A stretch of 52,801 bases of DNA from Actinomycetota bacterium (GTDB lineage: Bacteria > Actinomycetota > UBA4738 > HRBIN12): positions 1 to 52,801 of the forward strand of contig DASZOO010000115.1 of assembly GCA_035550775.1 (NCBI GenBank), given 5' to 3'. Of this stretch, positions 1 to 8,839 are shown piece by piece; position 1 is the stretch's first letter; each line of letters opens with the position of its first letter. Position numbers and translations under genes: made by a program. Under the pieces are notes generated by a model. It saw only the letters and a list, made by a program, of their open reading frames with translations, was not told the DNA's origin and did no database searches.

Positions 1-252
1 CCGGGCGACACGGTATCGGGTAAGGACGGACAGGTCTTCGTGAACGGGGAACCGATCGACGAGCCGTACCTGACGCAACCGACCGACGACTTCCGCAAGA
101 CGACGGTGCCCGACGGGGAGCTGTTCGTGATGGGCGACAACCGCGGGAACTCCCTCGACTCCCGCTTCTCCCTGGGATTCGTGCCGATCGACAACGTGAT
201 CGGCAAGGCCGAGATCGTGATCTGGCCTCCCGGCGATCTGGGGCTCATCTAG
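1..252 (+). CDS. lepB: Signal peptidase I, C-terminal fragment (5' end lies outside the window)
   Basis: Frame is open from base 1. C-terminal SPase I boxes GDNRGNSLDSRF and GFVPIDNVIGKA. Stop TAG at 250-252. Confidence 0.85.
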   Translation, partial: PGDTVSGKDGQVFVNGEPIDEPYLTQPTDDFRKTTVPDGELFVMGDNRGNSLDSRFSLGFVPIDNVIGKAEIVIWPPGDLGLI

Positions 253-2669
253 CCCCGATCGGACGGCGAGCGGTCGTCGAGCCGACGCCGGCCGAAGATC
301 GGATCCCGAGCCCTCGGGCCCACCGGCAGCTCGCCGGGAACGAACAGGCGCGCGAACGACCACACGATCGCGGCGATGCCGAACCCCGCCAGCCACACGA
401 TCAGCGGCGGTGGATCGAGCGCGAAGAAGGTCTGCGACGGCGGCCAGACGAGCGCGAGGACGAACAGCGCCGCCATCGACCAGATCAGCAGCAGGCGCCA
501 CCGTGAGAGTGGCGCCGCGATGATCGAGAGCACGAGGAACCCGATCCACGTCAGCACCATGACCGCCGTGGTCTGCGCCTGCACGAGCGTGACCCCGGGC
601 TCGTCGCGAGCGAGCGAGTACGCGAGCAGGGTCGCGATCGCCGCGAGCGTGCCGGTCGGGATCGCGAACCGAAGCACGCGGCGGACGAACCCGGGATGGA
701 ACCGATCGATGTTCGGCGCGAGCGCGAGGAAGAACGAGGGGATGCCGATCGTGAGCGAGCCGATCAGCGTGAGGTGCCGCGGCAGGAACGGGAAGACGAA
801 CCCGAGCACGCCGGTCGCGAGCGAGATCAACATGGCGTAGACGGTCTTGTTCAAGTAGAGGCCGCTCGTCCGCTCGATGTTGCCGAGCACACGGCGCCCC
901 TCGGCGACCACCGGCGGCAGCGAGTCGAACGTGGAATCGAGCAGCACGAGTTGCGCGACCGCACGGGTCGCATCGCTGCCCGATCCCATCGCGACCCCGA
1001 TATCGGCGTCCTTGAGCGCGAGCGCGTCGTTCACCCCGTCGCCGGTCATCGCCACGGTGTGACCGTGCGCCTGCAGCGCCTGCACCATCGCCCGCTTCTG
1101 TCGAGGCGTCACCCGGCCGAAGACGGAGTGCGACTCGAGAGCGCCGGCCAGATCGTCGTCGTCGGACAGCTCGCGCGCATCGACCGGCTCGTCGCCGCCC
1201 TCGAGTCCCAACGTCGCCGCGATCGCACCGACCGTGCGCGGATCGTCGCCCGAGATCACCTTCACGGTCACGTCCTGATCTCGGAAGTACCGCAGCGTGT
1301 CGGCCGCGTCGGGACGAGGCCGATCGCCCAGGATCGCGAGCCCGACCGTCTCGAGGTCGGATGGGAGTCGTTCGTCGCTGAGTGCGTGAGCGCGCGCCAC
1401 GAGCAGCACCCGGTGGCCCTGGTCGGCCAGCTCGTGCACGCGCGCGCCGACCGACCCGTCGTCCTCGATCGAGGAGAGCAACACGTCGGGCGCTCCGAGG
1501 AACCAGGCCCCTTGCCCGTCGAAGGCGGTCCCGCTCCATTTCCTCGCCGACGAGAAGGGCACGGTGTCGACGGCGTGCCAGCCACCGGCGTCGCCGAACC
1601 GTTCCGCGATCGCCCTCGTGGTGGCGTTCGGCGACGGATCCGCCGCGGCGAGCGCGCCGAGCACCGTTCCCAGGCGCTCGCCGTCACCGTCGAGCGCCTC
1701 GACGTCTTCCACCGCGAGCTTGCCCTCGGTGAGCGTGCCGGTCTTGTCGATGCACAGCACGTCGACGCGGGCGAGACCTTCCACGGCCGGGAGTTCCTGC
1801 ACGAGCACCTTGCGCCGTGCCAGGCGCACCACGGCGACGGCGAAGGCGAGCGAGGTGAGCAGCACGAGCCCCTCGGGCACCATGGCGACGGTGCCGGCCA
1901 CCGCGCCCGACACCGCTTCCCGCCAGTCGCCCGGCACCGCCCGGATCTGGCTGAGGAACAGCAGAGCAGCGGTCGGCACGATCGCGAACGTCACATACGT
2001 CAAGATCGTGTCGATGCCCGAGCGCAGCTCGGACTTCGTGAGGGTGAAGCGGCGGGCGTCCTCGGCCAGCTGCACCGCGTAGGCCTCGGCGCCGACCTTC
2101 GTGGCCCGGTACCGCCCGGCGCCGGCCGCCACGAAGGAACCGCTCAGCACCTCGTCGCCGGTGGACTTGTCGACCGCGTCGGCCTCACCGGTGAGCAGGG
2201 ACTCGTCGACCTCGAGCCCGCGGCTCGTGAGCACCTCCCCGTCGACGACGATCTCCGACCCGGCGGGCGCGTCGAGCACGTCGTCGAGCACGACCTCGCC
2301 GACCGCCACCTCGCGGATCGCGCCCTCTCGAACCACACGAGCCCTCGGCGCGGTGAGCACGGTGAGGCGGTCGAGCGTCCGCTTGGCGCGAAGCTCCTGC
2401 ACGATGCCGATGCCGGCGTTCGCGATCAGCACGATGCCGAACAGCGCGTCCTGCAGCGGGCCAACGACGAGGATGATCGCGAGCATCGCGCCCAGGATCG
2501 CGTTGAAGCGGGTGAACACGTTGGCGCGCACGATCTGGGCGACCGTGCGGGTCGGGGCGGCGGGAACATCGTTGACCTGTCCCTTCGCGACACGCTCGGC
2601 CACCTCGGCGGCGGTGAGCCCGCGCTCCGGGTCGACGTGCGGCGCCTCGGCGGTCGTGGTCGCGGCCAT
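249..2669 (-). CDS. Cation-translocating P-type ATPase (HAD-IC / P2-like, CtpE-like)
   Basis: 806 aa. Phosphorylation motif DKTGTLT, hinge TGDGVNDALALKDADIGVAMG, TGEA actuator motif, about 10 TM segments. Confidence 0.9.
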   Translation of the reverse strand: MAATTTAEAPHVDPERGLTAAEVAERVAKGQVNDVPAAPTRTVAQIVRANVFTRFNAILGAMLAIILVVGPLQDALFGIVLIANAGIGIVQELRAKRTLDRLTVLTAPRARVVREGAIREVAVGEVVLDDVLDAPAGSEIVVDGEVLTSRGLEVDESLLTGEADAVDKSTGDEVLSGSFVAAGAGRYRATKVGAEAYAVQLAEDARRFTLTKSELRSGIDTILTYVTFAIVPTAALLFLSQIRAVPGDWREAVSGAVAGTVAMVPEGLVLLTSLAFAVAVVRLARRKVLVQELPAVEGLARVDVLCIDKTGTLTEGKLAVEDVEALDGDGERLGTVLGALAAADPSPNATTRAIAERFGDAGGWHAVDTVPFSSARKWSGTAFDGQGAWFLGAPDVLLSSIEDDGSVGARVHELADQGHRVLLVARAHALSDERLPSDLETVGLAILGDRPRPDAADTLRYFRDQDVTVKVISGDDPRTVGAIAATLGLEGGDEPVDARELSDDDDLAGALESHSVFGRVTPRQKRAMVQALQAHGHTVAMTGDGVNDALALKDADIGVAMGSGSDATRAVAQLVLLDSTFDSLPPVVAEGRRVLGNIERTSGLYLNKTVYAMLISLATGVLGFVFPFLPRHLTLIGSLTIGIPSFFLALAPNIDRFHPGFVRRVLRFAIPTGTLAAIATLLAYSLARDEPGVTLVQAQTTAVMVLTWIGFLVLSIIAAPLSRWRLLLIWSMAALFVLALVWPPSQTFFALDPPPLIVWLAGFGIAAIVWSFARLFVPGELPVGPRARDPIFGRRRLDDRSPSDRG

Positions 2670-2701
2670 GTCCGCCGAGCGTAGCGGGGTACGCTGGACT
2701 C

Positions 2702-3118
2702 GTGCGGACCTTCCTCATCGTCGTCGGCGTGGTCGCCGCCGTCTGGGCCCTGGCGATCGCCGGACTCTGGCTCTTCGGACGGAAGATCGCCGCGAAGCGG
2801 TTGGCGCGCGCGATCCCCGACCTCGTCGCGCTCGCCAGGGGGCTGATGAGCGATCCCCGGATCCCGTTCGGCTCGAAGCTCCTCGTGGGAGGCGCCCTCC
2901 TGTGGCTCATCTCACCGATCGACCTGGTGCCCGAGTTCATCCCGGCACTCGGCCCCCTCGACGACCTGATCGTGGTCGGGCTCGTGCTCCGTCACCTGGT
3001 CAAGCGGAGCGGCGCCGAGGTGGTGCAGGAACACTGGCGTGGTGATCCACGGGTGTTGCGGACGGTGTTGCGCCTGGCAGGACTCCGCCTTCCGGAGGCG
3101 CGACCGCTCACCGGTTGA
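2702..3118 (+). CDS. DUF1232 (YkvA-like) membrane protein
   Basis: GTG start. N-terminal TM segment. Motif SPIDLVPEFIPALGPLDDLIVV is typical of DUF1232. Confidence 0.7.
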   Translation: MRTFLIVVGVVAAVWALAIAGLWLFGRKIAAKRLARAIPDLVALARGLMSDPRIPFGSKLLVGGALLWLISPIDLVPEFIPALGPLDDLIVVGLVLRHLVKRSGAEVVQEHWRGDPRVLRTVLRLAGLRLPEARPLTG

Positions 3119-3178
3119 CGAGGAGCAGCCGCCGGTTCCAGCATCTGGACCGCTGCCCCTGACGCCGGCCGACGGCCC

Positions 3179-4564
3179 TCAGGCGCCGCCGCGCTCCTTC
3201 CACCACTCGTCGAGCAGGCCGTACGCCTCGTCCTCGGGCACGGGACCGCGCTCCATGCGGAGCTCCATCAGGAACTCGAGCGCCTCGCCGACGGCCGGGC
3301 CGGGCTCGAGGCCGAGGCGGTCCATCACCTGCTTCCCGTCGAGGGGCGGGCGGAGCGCGTCGAGGTTCTCCTGCTCGGCCAGGCTCGCGATGCGCTCCTC
3401 CAGGTCGTCCTGCAGGGACTGGAACTTCGCGGCTCGCCGTTCGTTCCGCGTGGTCACGTCGGCACGGGAGAGCTGGTTCAGCTTGTCGAGCAACGAACCG
3501 GCGTCGCGCACGTACCGGCGCACCGCCGCATCGCTCCAACCCTCGCCGTATCCGTGGAAGCGCAGGTGCATCTCGACGAGCTTCCTCACATCGTCCACGA
3601 CCGAGTTGGGGTAGCGCAGCTCGCGAAGCCGCTTCTCGGCCATCCGTGCACCGACGACCTCGTGGTGGTGGAACTGGACGCCCTCAGACGTGATCTGTCG
3701 GGTCGCAGGCTTCCCGATGTCGTGCAGGAGCGCCGCGAGGCGCAGCACCTCATCGGGCTCGGTGTTCTCGACGACGGCGTAGGTGTGCCGCAGCACGTCC
3801 TTGTGCTGATGCACCGGGTCCTGTTCCAGCTCGAGCGCCGCGAGCTCGGGCAGGAACGTATCGGCCAGCCCCGTCGACACGAGCAGCTCGAGCCCCTTGC
3901 CCGGATGCTCTCCGAGGAGCAGCCTCGACAGCTCCTCCCCGATTCGCTCGGCCGAGACGATCTCCATGCGCTCGCGCATCGCCTCGATCGCCCCGACGAC
4001 CCGGGGGGCCGCGGTGACGTCGAGCTGCGAGACGAACCGGGCCGCGCGCAGCATGCGGAGGGGGTCGTCGCCGAACGAGACCTCGGGCTCGAGGGGCGTG
4101 TCGAGCACGTGGGCAGCGAGGTGCCGCACGCCCCCGTACGGATCGACGAACGACCCCTCGGGGAGCCGCACCGCCATCGCGTTGATCGTGAAGTCGCGGC
4201 GCGACAGGTCGGTCCCGACGTCGTCGCCGAACGTCACGGTCGGCTTGCGGTGCTCCTGGACGTAGACCTCCTGGCGGAACGTCGTGATCTCGAGTCGATG
4301 GCCGTCCTTCAGCGCTCCAACGGTGCCGAACTTCACGCCGACCAGGTAGCGTCGATCCGCCCATCCGTGCAGGAGCCGCGTGGTCTCGTGGGGATGCGCG
4401 CTCGTCGTGAAGTCGAGGTCGCCGCCGACCCTGCCGAGCACCATGTCTCGCACGCTCCCCCCCACCAGGTAGAGCTCGTGACCACCGTCGGCGAACCGCG
4501 CACCGAGGTCCTTGGCGATCGGGGGCACCTCGAGCACGGCGCTGGAAGGTGTCTGGTCGGCCAT
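3179..4564 (-). CDS. cca: CCA-adding tRNA nucleotidyltransferase / poly(A) polymerase family with HD domain
   Basis: GGSVRD and RRDFTINAM motifs; HDIGKP HD motif. Synteny with NUDIX/murJ as in the mycobacterial pcnA locus. Confidence 0.9.
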   Translation of the reverse strand: MADQTPSSAVLEVPPIAKDLGARFADGGHELYLVGGSVRDMVLGRVGGDLDFTTSAHPHETTRLLHGWADRRYLVGVKFGTVGALKDGHRLEITTFRQEVYVQEHRKPTVTFGDDVGTDLSRRDFTINAMAVRLPEGSFVDPYGGVRHLAAHVLDTPLEPEVSFGDDPLRMLRAARFVSQLDVTAAPRVVGAIEAMRERMEIVSAERIGEELSRLLLGEHPGKGLELLVSTGLADTFLPELAALELEQDPVHQHKDVLRHTYAVVENTEPDEVLRLAALLHDIGKPATRQITSEGVQFHHHEVVGARMAEKRLRELRYPNSVVDDVRKLVEMHLRFHGYGEGWSDAAVRRYVRDAGSLLDKLNQLSRADVTTRNERRAAKFQSLQDDLEERIASLAEQENLDALRPPLDGKQVMDRLGLEPGPAVGEALEFLMELRMERGPVPEDEAYGLLDEWWKERGGA

Positions 4565-4581
4565 GGCGGCCTGAGCTTACC

Positions 4582-4977
4582 GTGGACCCCGTGCCCACCT
4601 GGCTCGGATTCATCTGGACCTCACCGAACACCCTGCTCGGCCTCGTGCTCGGACTGCTCACGTTCCAGAAGCCGACCCTGCGTGACGGCGCGCTGATCTT
4701 CGACAAGGCGCCGCGCGGCCTGACGTGGGTGTTGCGGAAGTTCCATCGCACCGCGATGACGGTGGGATTCGTGATCGTGTCGGCCGAGCCGGTCACCGGG
4801 CGGCTCCTGGCGCACGAGCGATGGCACATCCGGCAGTTCAGCGCGTGGGGGCCGTTCTTCATCCCGGTGTACCTGGTGCTCGCGATCCCCTACGGCTACC
4901 GGCGGCACCCCCTGGAGATCAAGGCCCAGATCGCCGCCGGGGAGCGCTCCCCCACTCGGCCGGACCTCACGCACTAG
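4582..4977 (+). CDS. Small membrane protein with an HExxH motif (function unknown)
   Basis: High GC3 in this frame, 2-3 hydrophobic segments, motif AHERWHIRQ (HExxH). The GTG at 4582 is preferred over the track ATG at 4549, which would overlap the divergent cca start. Confidence 0.5.
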   Translation: MDPVPTWLGFIWTSPNTLLGLVLGLLTFQKPTLRDGALIFDKAPRGLTWVLRKFHRTAMTVGFVIVSAEPVTGRLLAHERWHIRQFSAWGPFFIPVYLVLAIPYGYRRHPLEIKAQIAAGERSPTRPDLTH

Positions 4978-5011
4978 TCCGTCTCGGACTAGCTGGGCGG
5001 CACCCCACGGC

Positions 5012-5695
5012 TCAGGATCGTCGACGGGCCGCGAGCCTGCGACCCACCCAGGCGACGAGACTGCCCACCGACGACCCGACCACCACCCCCGCGACCACGT
5101 CACCCGGGTAGTGCACCCCCGAGTGCACGCGGGAGTACCCGACGGCCGCGGCCGCCAGGCCGAGGGGCAGGCCGAGGGCGGGCACCACCTGGGAGACCGA
5201 GGAGGCGAAGGCCGCTGCCGACGCCGAGTGACCCGACGGGAACGACGCCGAGGTCGGCATCTCGACGCGCCGCGCCGACGGCACGCCCGCCGCGTCGGCG
5301 TCGGGGCGGCGGCGATGTCCGGCGAGCTTCATCGGCAAGTTCACGATCGCCGACGTGCAGGCGATCGCGGCCACGCCGGTGAGGGCCGCACGCCGCCCCC
5401 TGCGCCCCCCGACGACGAAGAGCACGGTCGCCGCACCGATCCACAGCTTCGAATGGTCGGCCGCACCCGTGAACGTGCGGAGGGGGCCGTCGAGTGAGGG
5501 CGTCGGCGTGGCCGCGACCGCCCGGTACACGGCCTTGTCGACCGCGGCCAGCTCGCGCAGCGCCCGGACCACGGTCGGATCGGGCGCCGACGGACGGGCC
5601 TCCAGCCGCTCCGCGAGCCGTTCGGACGGCGGCTGCGCCGGCACGACGTCGTCGTCGATGCGCTCGCCGGCAGACGACTCGCCGGACCCGCTCAT
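5012..5695 (-). CDS. PAP2-family lipid phosphatase
   Basis: PAP2 signature K..RRRP / SFPSGHSA / SRVHSGVHYPGDV. Internal ATG (M79 of the track ORF) overlaps the upstream stop by 4 nt (ATGA). Confidence 0.8.
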   Translation of the reverse strand: MSGSGESSAGERIDDDVVPAQPPSERLAERLEARPSAPDPTVVRALRELAAVDKAVYRAVAATPTPSLDGPLRTFTGAADHSKLWIGAATVLFVVGGRRGRRAALTGVAAIACTSAIVNLPMKLAGHRRRPDADAAGVPSARRVEMPTSASFPSGHSASAAAFASSVSQVVPALGLPLGLAAAAVGYSRVHSGVHYPGDVVAGVVVGSSVGSLVAWVGRRLAARRRS

Positions 5696-7044
5696 GCCGC
5701 GACCGGCTTCCCGGCCGCGACCCGGAGCAGTGCACGGATCGTCGAGGCCTCCGTCACCCGCACCGCGGCCGCGGCCGGCGACCGTCCGGGCGCATGGCGA
5801 GGCATGCGGACCGTGAGCGCACCGGGACGGGTCGCGAAGACGATCGGCGGTTCCAGCGTGAGCGCCTCGCCGTCGACCCCGACATCGACCGGACCGTCGG
5901 ACCGCACCTCGAACCGCTCCGACGTCCACTCGCGCCAGCCCTCGAATCGGTCGAGGCGACCGGCTGCCTGCAGCGAGACGAGCTTCTGCATGTCCGAGGC
6001 GCTCGAGACCGTGACGGTCGCGACGCCGAGCACGCCGTCGTCCAGGCGCTCTCGGGTCCCGCGACCCTTCGCCCGCTGCAGCTCGTACGGCCCGTTCGAG
6101 ACGAGGATCACCGCCGCGGTCGGCACCTCCTCGCCGTCGGGGCCGGTGAAGCGGAGGTCGAGCGGCCGGGCGTCGGGGCCGATCAGCTCCGGCAGCATCT
6201 CGAGCGACGTCTGCACCTTCGCGTCCCGGTACTCGGGCGACTGCACGATCCGCGCGTACAGCCCGAGCGTGGCGTTGTTCACGAAGACGCGGCCGTTCAC
6301 CTCCGCGAGGTCGATCGTGCGGTCGACGCCGTCGCTGTAGGCGTCGAGGGCACCGACGACGTCGTCGCGGTCGAGCCCGAGGTCGAGCGCGAAGTGGTTC
6401 CGCGTGCCGGCCGGGACCACGACGTGCGGGATGCCGTGCGCGCTCGCCACGGTGCCGACGAGCGCCTGGGAACCATCGCCGCCGGCCATGCCGATCACGT
6501 CGGCGCCGCGCTCCACCGCGTCCTCCGCGAGCTGCAGGAGGTCGTCACCCGGCGTGAGCACGATCGGCTCGATGCCCCGGTCCCGGCATTCGCGCTCGAG
6601 GTCGGACTTCACCGCCTTGCCGCCGCCGGACTTCGGGTTCATCAGCAGCACCGGGTGCCGTGGGCGGGGGGCGGGGGGCTCGTCGGCGAACGGGGTCGCG
6701 TCGTGCGGCTCGCGGAGCGCGAGGCCTGCTGCCCCGACCGAGACCGCCGCGACGGCCCCCACCGCCACCCACGGCCACAGGCGGGCGTCGCCCACGACGA
6801 GCACGGCGAGCACGATCGCGAGGCCGGCGAGGACCGTCGCGAGGGCGATCAGGCGCACCGAGCCCCGGTGCGACAGCGAGTACCAGGCGCCGCCGATCGC
6901 GATCGAGACGCCGACGCTCGCGATCACGATGTTCACGATGTTCGTGAGCGCGAGCGTGGCCACGACGACGACCGCGGCCACCAGGGTCACGATCGCGAGC
7001 AGCGCCGCCAGCCGTCGGATCAACGCCGGCCGATCGGTCGTCAT
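5692..7044 (-). CDS. Membrane-anchored diacylglycerol/lipid kinase (DAGK_cat, YegS/LCB5-like)
   Basis: N-terminal TM block, then VLLMNPKSGGGKA and AGGDGSQ kinase motifs. The ATG at 7044 overlaps the SulP stop (ATGA). Confidence 0.8.
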   Translation of the reverse strand: MTTDRPALIRRLAALLAIVTLVAAVVVVATLALTNIVNIVIASVGVSIAIGGAWYSLSHRGSVRLIALATVLAGLAIVLAVLVVGDARLWPWVAVGAVAAVSVGAAGLALREPHDATPFADEPPAPRPRHPVLLMNPKSGGGKAVKSDLERECRDRGIEPIVLTPGDDLLQLAEDAVERGADVIGMAGGDGSQALVGTVASAHGIPHVVVPAGTRNHFALDLGLDRDDVVGALDAYSDGVDRTIDLAEVNGRVFVNNATLGLYARIVQSPEYRDAKVQTSLEMLPELIGPDARPLDLRFTGPDGEEVPTAAVILVSNGPYELQRAKGRGTRERLDDGVLGVATVTVSSASDMQKLVSLQAAGRLDRFEGWREWTSERFEVRSDGPVDVGVDGEALTLEPPIVFATRPGALTVRMPRHAPGRSPAAAAVRVTEASTIRALLRVAAGKPVAA

Positions 7045-8798
7045 GGTCGGGTCCCTCCCTCCGTCACGCCCCACTCCTCGCCGAACTCCGCCCGATACGC
7101 CTCGATCGCCGCCTCGATCGTCGGGAAGAAGTGCCCGGGGTCGATCGTTCGCGTGAGCTCGTAGCGCTCGATCTTCGCGCGCACCCCGTCCTTGATCTCC
7201 GCGAACACGAGCGACACGTCACGAGCGTTCAACCAGACGTCCAGCTCCTCCAGCATGTCGGCGGCCGTCGTGTCGACATCGGTGATCGGTTCGGCCGCCA
7301 CCACGATCCATCGCAGCCCCGGGGTCGCGTTCACGAGCTCGGTGGTCTCTTCACGGAACGTGCGGCAGTTCGCGAAGATCAGCGGCGCGTCGAACCGGTA
7401 CATCACGAGACCGGGCAGCTGCTCCCCGTTCGGATACTGCCGCACGTCGTGGAACCCCGGCAGGCCCTCGACCCGGCCCAGACGGGTCTGGTACGGCCAC
7501 CATGCCCGCCGGAACACGTTGAGGATCGACAGGGCGACGGCGACGAGGATGCCCGGCAGCACGCCCAGCAGCGCGACGCCCAGGAAGGCGGCGATCGTGA
7601 GCAGGAACTCGGTTCGGCGTTGCTTCCACAACCTGATCGTCGCCGGGATGTCGGCGAGCGAGATAGACGCGGCGATCACCACGGCGGCCAGCGTCGGCTG
7701 GGGCAGGTTCCTCAGCAGGTCCGGGGCGACGAGCAGCAGCAGCAGGATCGCGAGCGCGCCGACGAGGCCCGTCACCTGGCTCTTCGCCCCGGCCTGCTCG
7801 GCCACGGCGGTGCGCGAACCGCTCGTGCTCACCGGGAAACCCTGGAAGAACCCGGCGGCGACGTTGGAGACGCCGATGCCGATCATCTCCTGGTTGCCGT
7901 GCACGTGCTGGCCCTGGCGAGCGGCGAACGCCGAGGCGGTCGAGATCGTGTCGGCCAACGCGACGAGGACGATGCCGAGCGCGCCGCCGAGCAGGAGCGG
8001 GAGATCCGACCACGAGACGTCCGGCATCGTGAGCGGAGGGAATCCACCCGGCAGCGGGCCCACCACCGACACGCCACGATCGACCAGATCGAACAGCTCG
8101 ACGGCGGCGATCGCGAGCACCACCGAGACCAGCACGGCCGGCACCTTCGGCAGCCGTCGCTGCAGGCCGAGGATGATCAGCAGGCTCGCGACGCCGATCG
8201 AGAGGGCTGCGACCACGGTCTCACCGTCGACCAGTCCGTCGACGAATGCGACCGCCTCGTCCACCAGTCCGTCCGCGTCGACGGAGTACCCGAACAGCTT
8301 CGGGAGCTGACCGACCAGGATCGTCAGGGCGAGTCCGTTCATGTATCCGATCTGCGTGGGCTTGGAGAGCAGGTCCGCGACGAAACCTAGCTTGGCGACA
8401 CCGGCGAGGATCATGACCGCCCCTGCCAAGAGCGCGAGCATCGACGAGAGCGCGATCGCTCGGACGGGATCGCCGCCGGCAACCATCAACGGTGCGATCG
8501 TGGCCGCGATCATGGGCCCGAGCGAAGAGTCGGGGCCGAGCACCAGGATGCGAGACGGGCCGAACACGGCGTAGCCGAGCAGGCACAGGATCGACGTGTA
8601 CAGGCCGGTGATCGCCGGGAGGCCGGCGAGCTCTGCATACGCCATGCCCTGCGGCACGAGGAGCGCGGTGAGCACCAGCCCGGCGACGACGTCCTTCGGG
8701 AGCCACTCCCGCCGGTATCCACGCAGGGCGGCGAGCCCGGGGATCGCCCCCGTTCCAGTGCGTTCCCCGCGAGCGAGCGCTGGAGCCTGCTGACCCAG
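7041..8798 (-). CDS. SulP-family anion (sulfate/bicarbonate) permease with C-terminal STAS domain
   Basis: N-terminal YRREWLPKDVVAGL...VPQGMAYAELAG, multiple TM segments, STAS-like C-terminus. Start is uncertain: there is no in-frame ATG/GTG/TTG between the pilT stop and the conserved N-terminus; a CTG lies at 8798. Confidence 0.8.
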   Translation of the reverse strand: MGQQAPALARGERTGTGAIPGLAALRGYRREWLPKDVVAGLVLTALLVPQGMAYAELAGLPAITGLYTSILCLLGYAVFGPSRILVLGPDSSLGPMIAATIAPLMVAGGDPVRAIALSSMLALLAGAVMILAGVAKLGFVADLLSKPTQIGYMNGLALTILVGQLPKLFGYSVDADGLVDEAVAFVDGLVDGETVVAALSIGVASLLIILGLQRRLPKVPAVLVSVVLAIAAVELFDLVDRGVSVVGPLPGGFPPLTMPDVSWSDLPLLLGGALGIVLVALADTISTASAFAARQGQHVHGNQEMIGIGVSNVAAGFFQGFPVSTSGSRTAVAEQAGAKSQVTGLVGALAILLLLLVAPDLLRNLPQPTLAAVVIAASISLADIPATIRLWKQRRTEFLLTIAAFLGVALLGVLPGILVAVALSILNVFRRAWWPYQTRLGRVEGLPGFHDVRQYPNGEQLPGLVMYRFDAPLIFANCRTFREETTELVNATPGLRWIVVAAEPITDVDTTAADMLEELDVWLNARDVSLVFAEIKDGVRAKIERYELTRTIDPGHFFPTIEAAIEAYRAEFGEEWGVTEGGTRP

Positions 8799-8839
8799 AG
8801 TCCCCCCTTCCCCGAGGCCGGACCCTGCGGCCGCGGCGG

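Noticed and set aside
696-2684. 662-aa plus-strand ORF covering the whole P-type ATPase locus
   Set aside because: It is antisense to a gene with unmistakable ATPase motifs. The product is an Arg/His/Asp/Glu-rich low-complexity string with no motifs. This is a typical high-GC shadow ORF.
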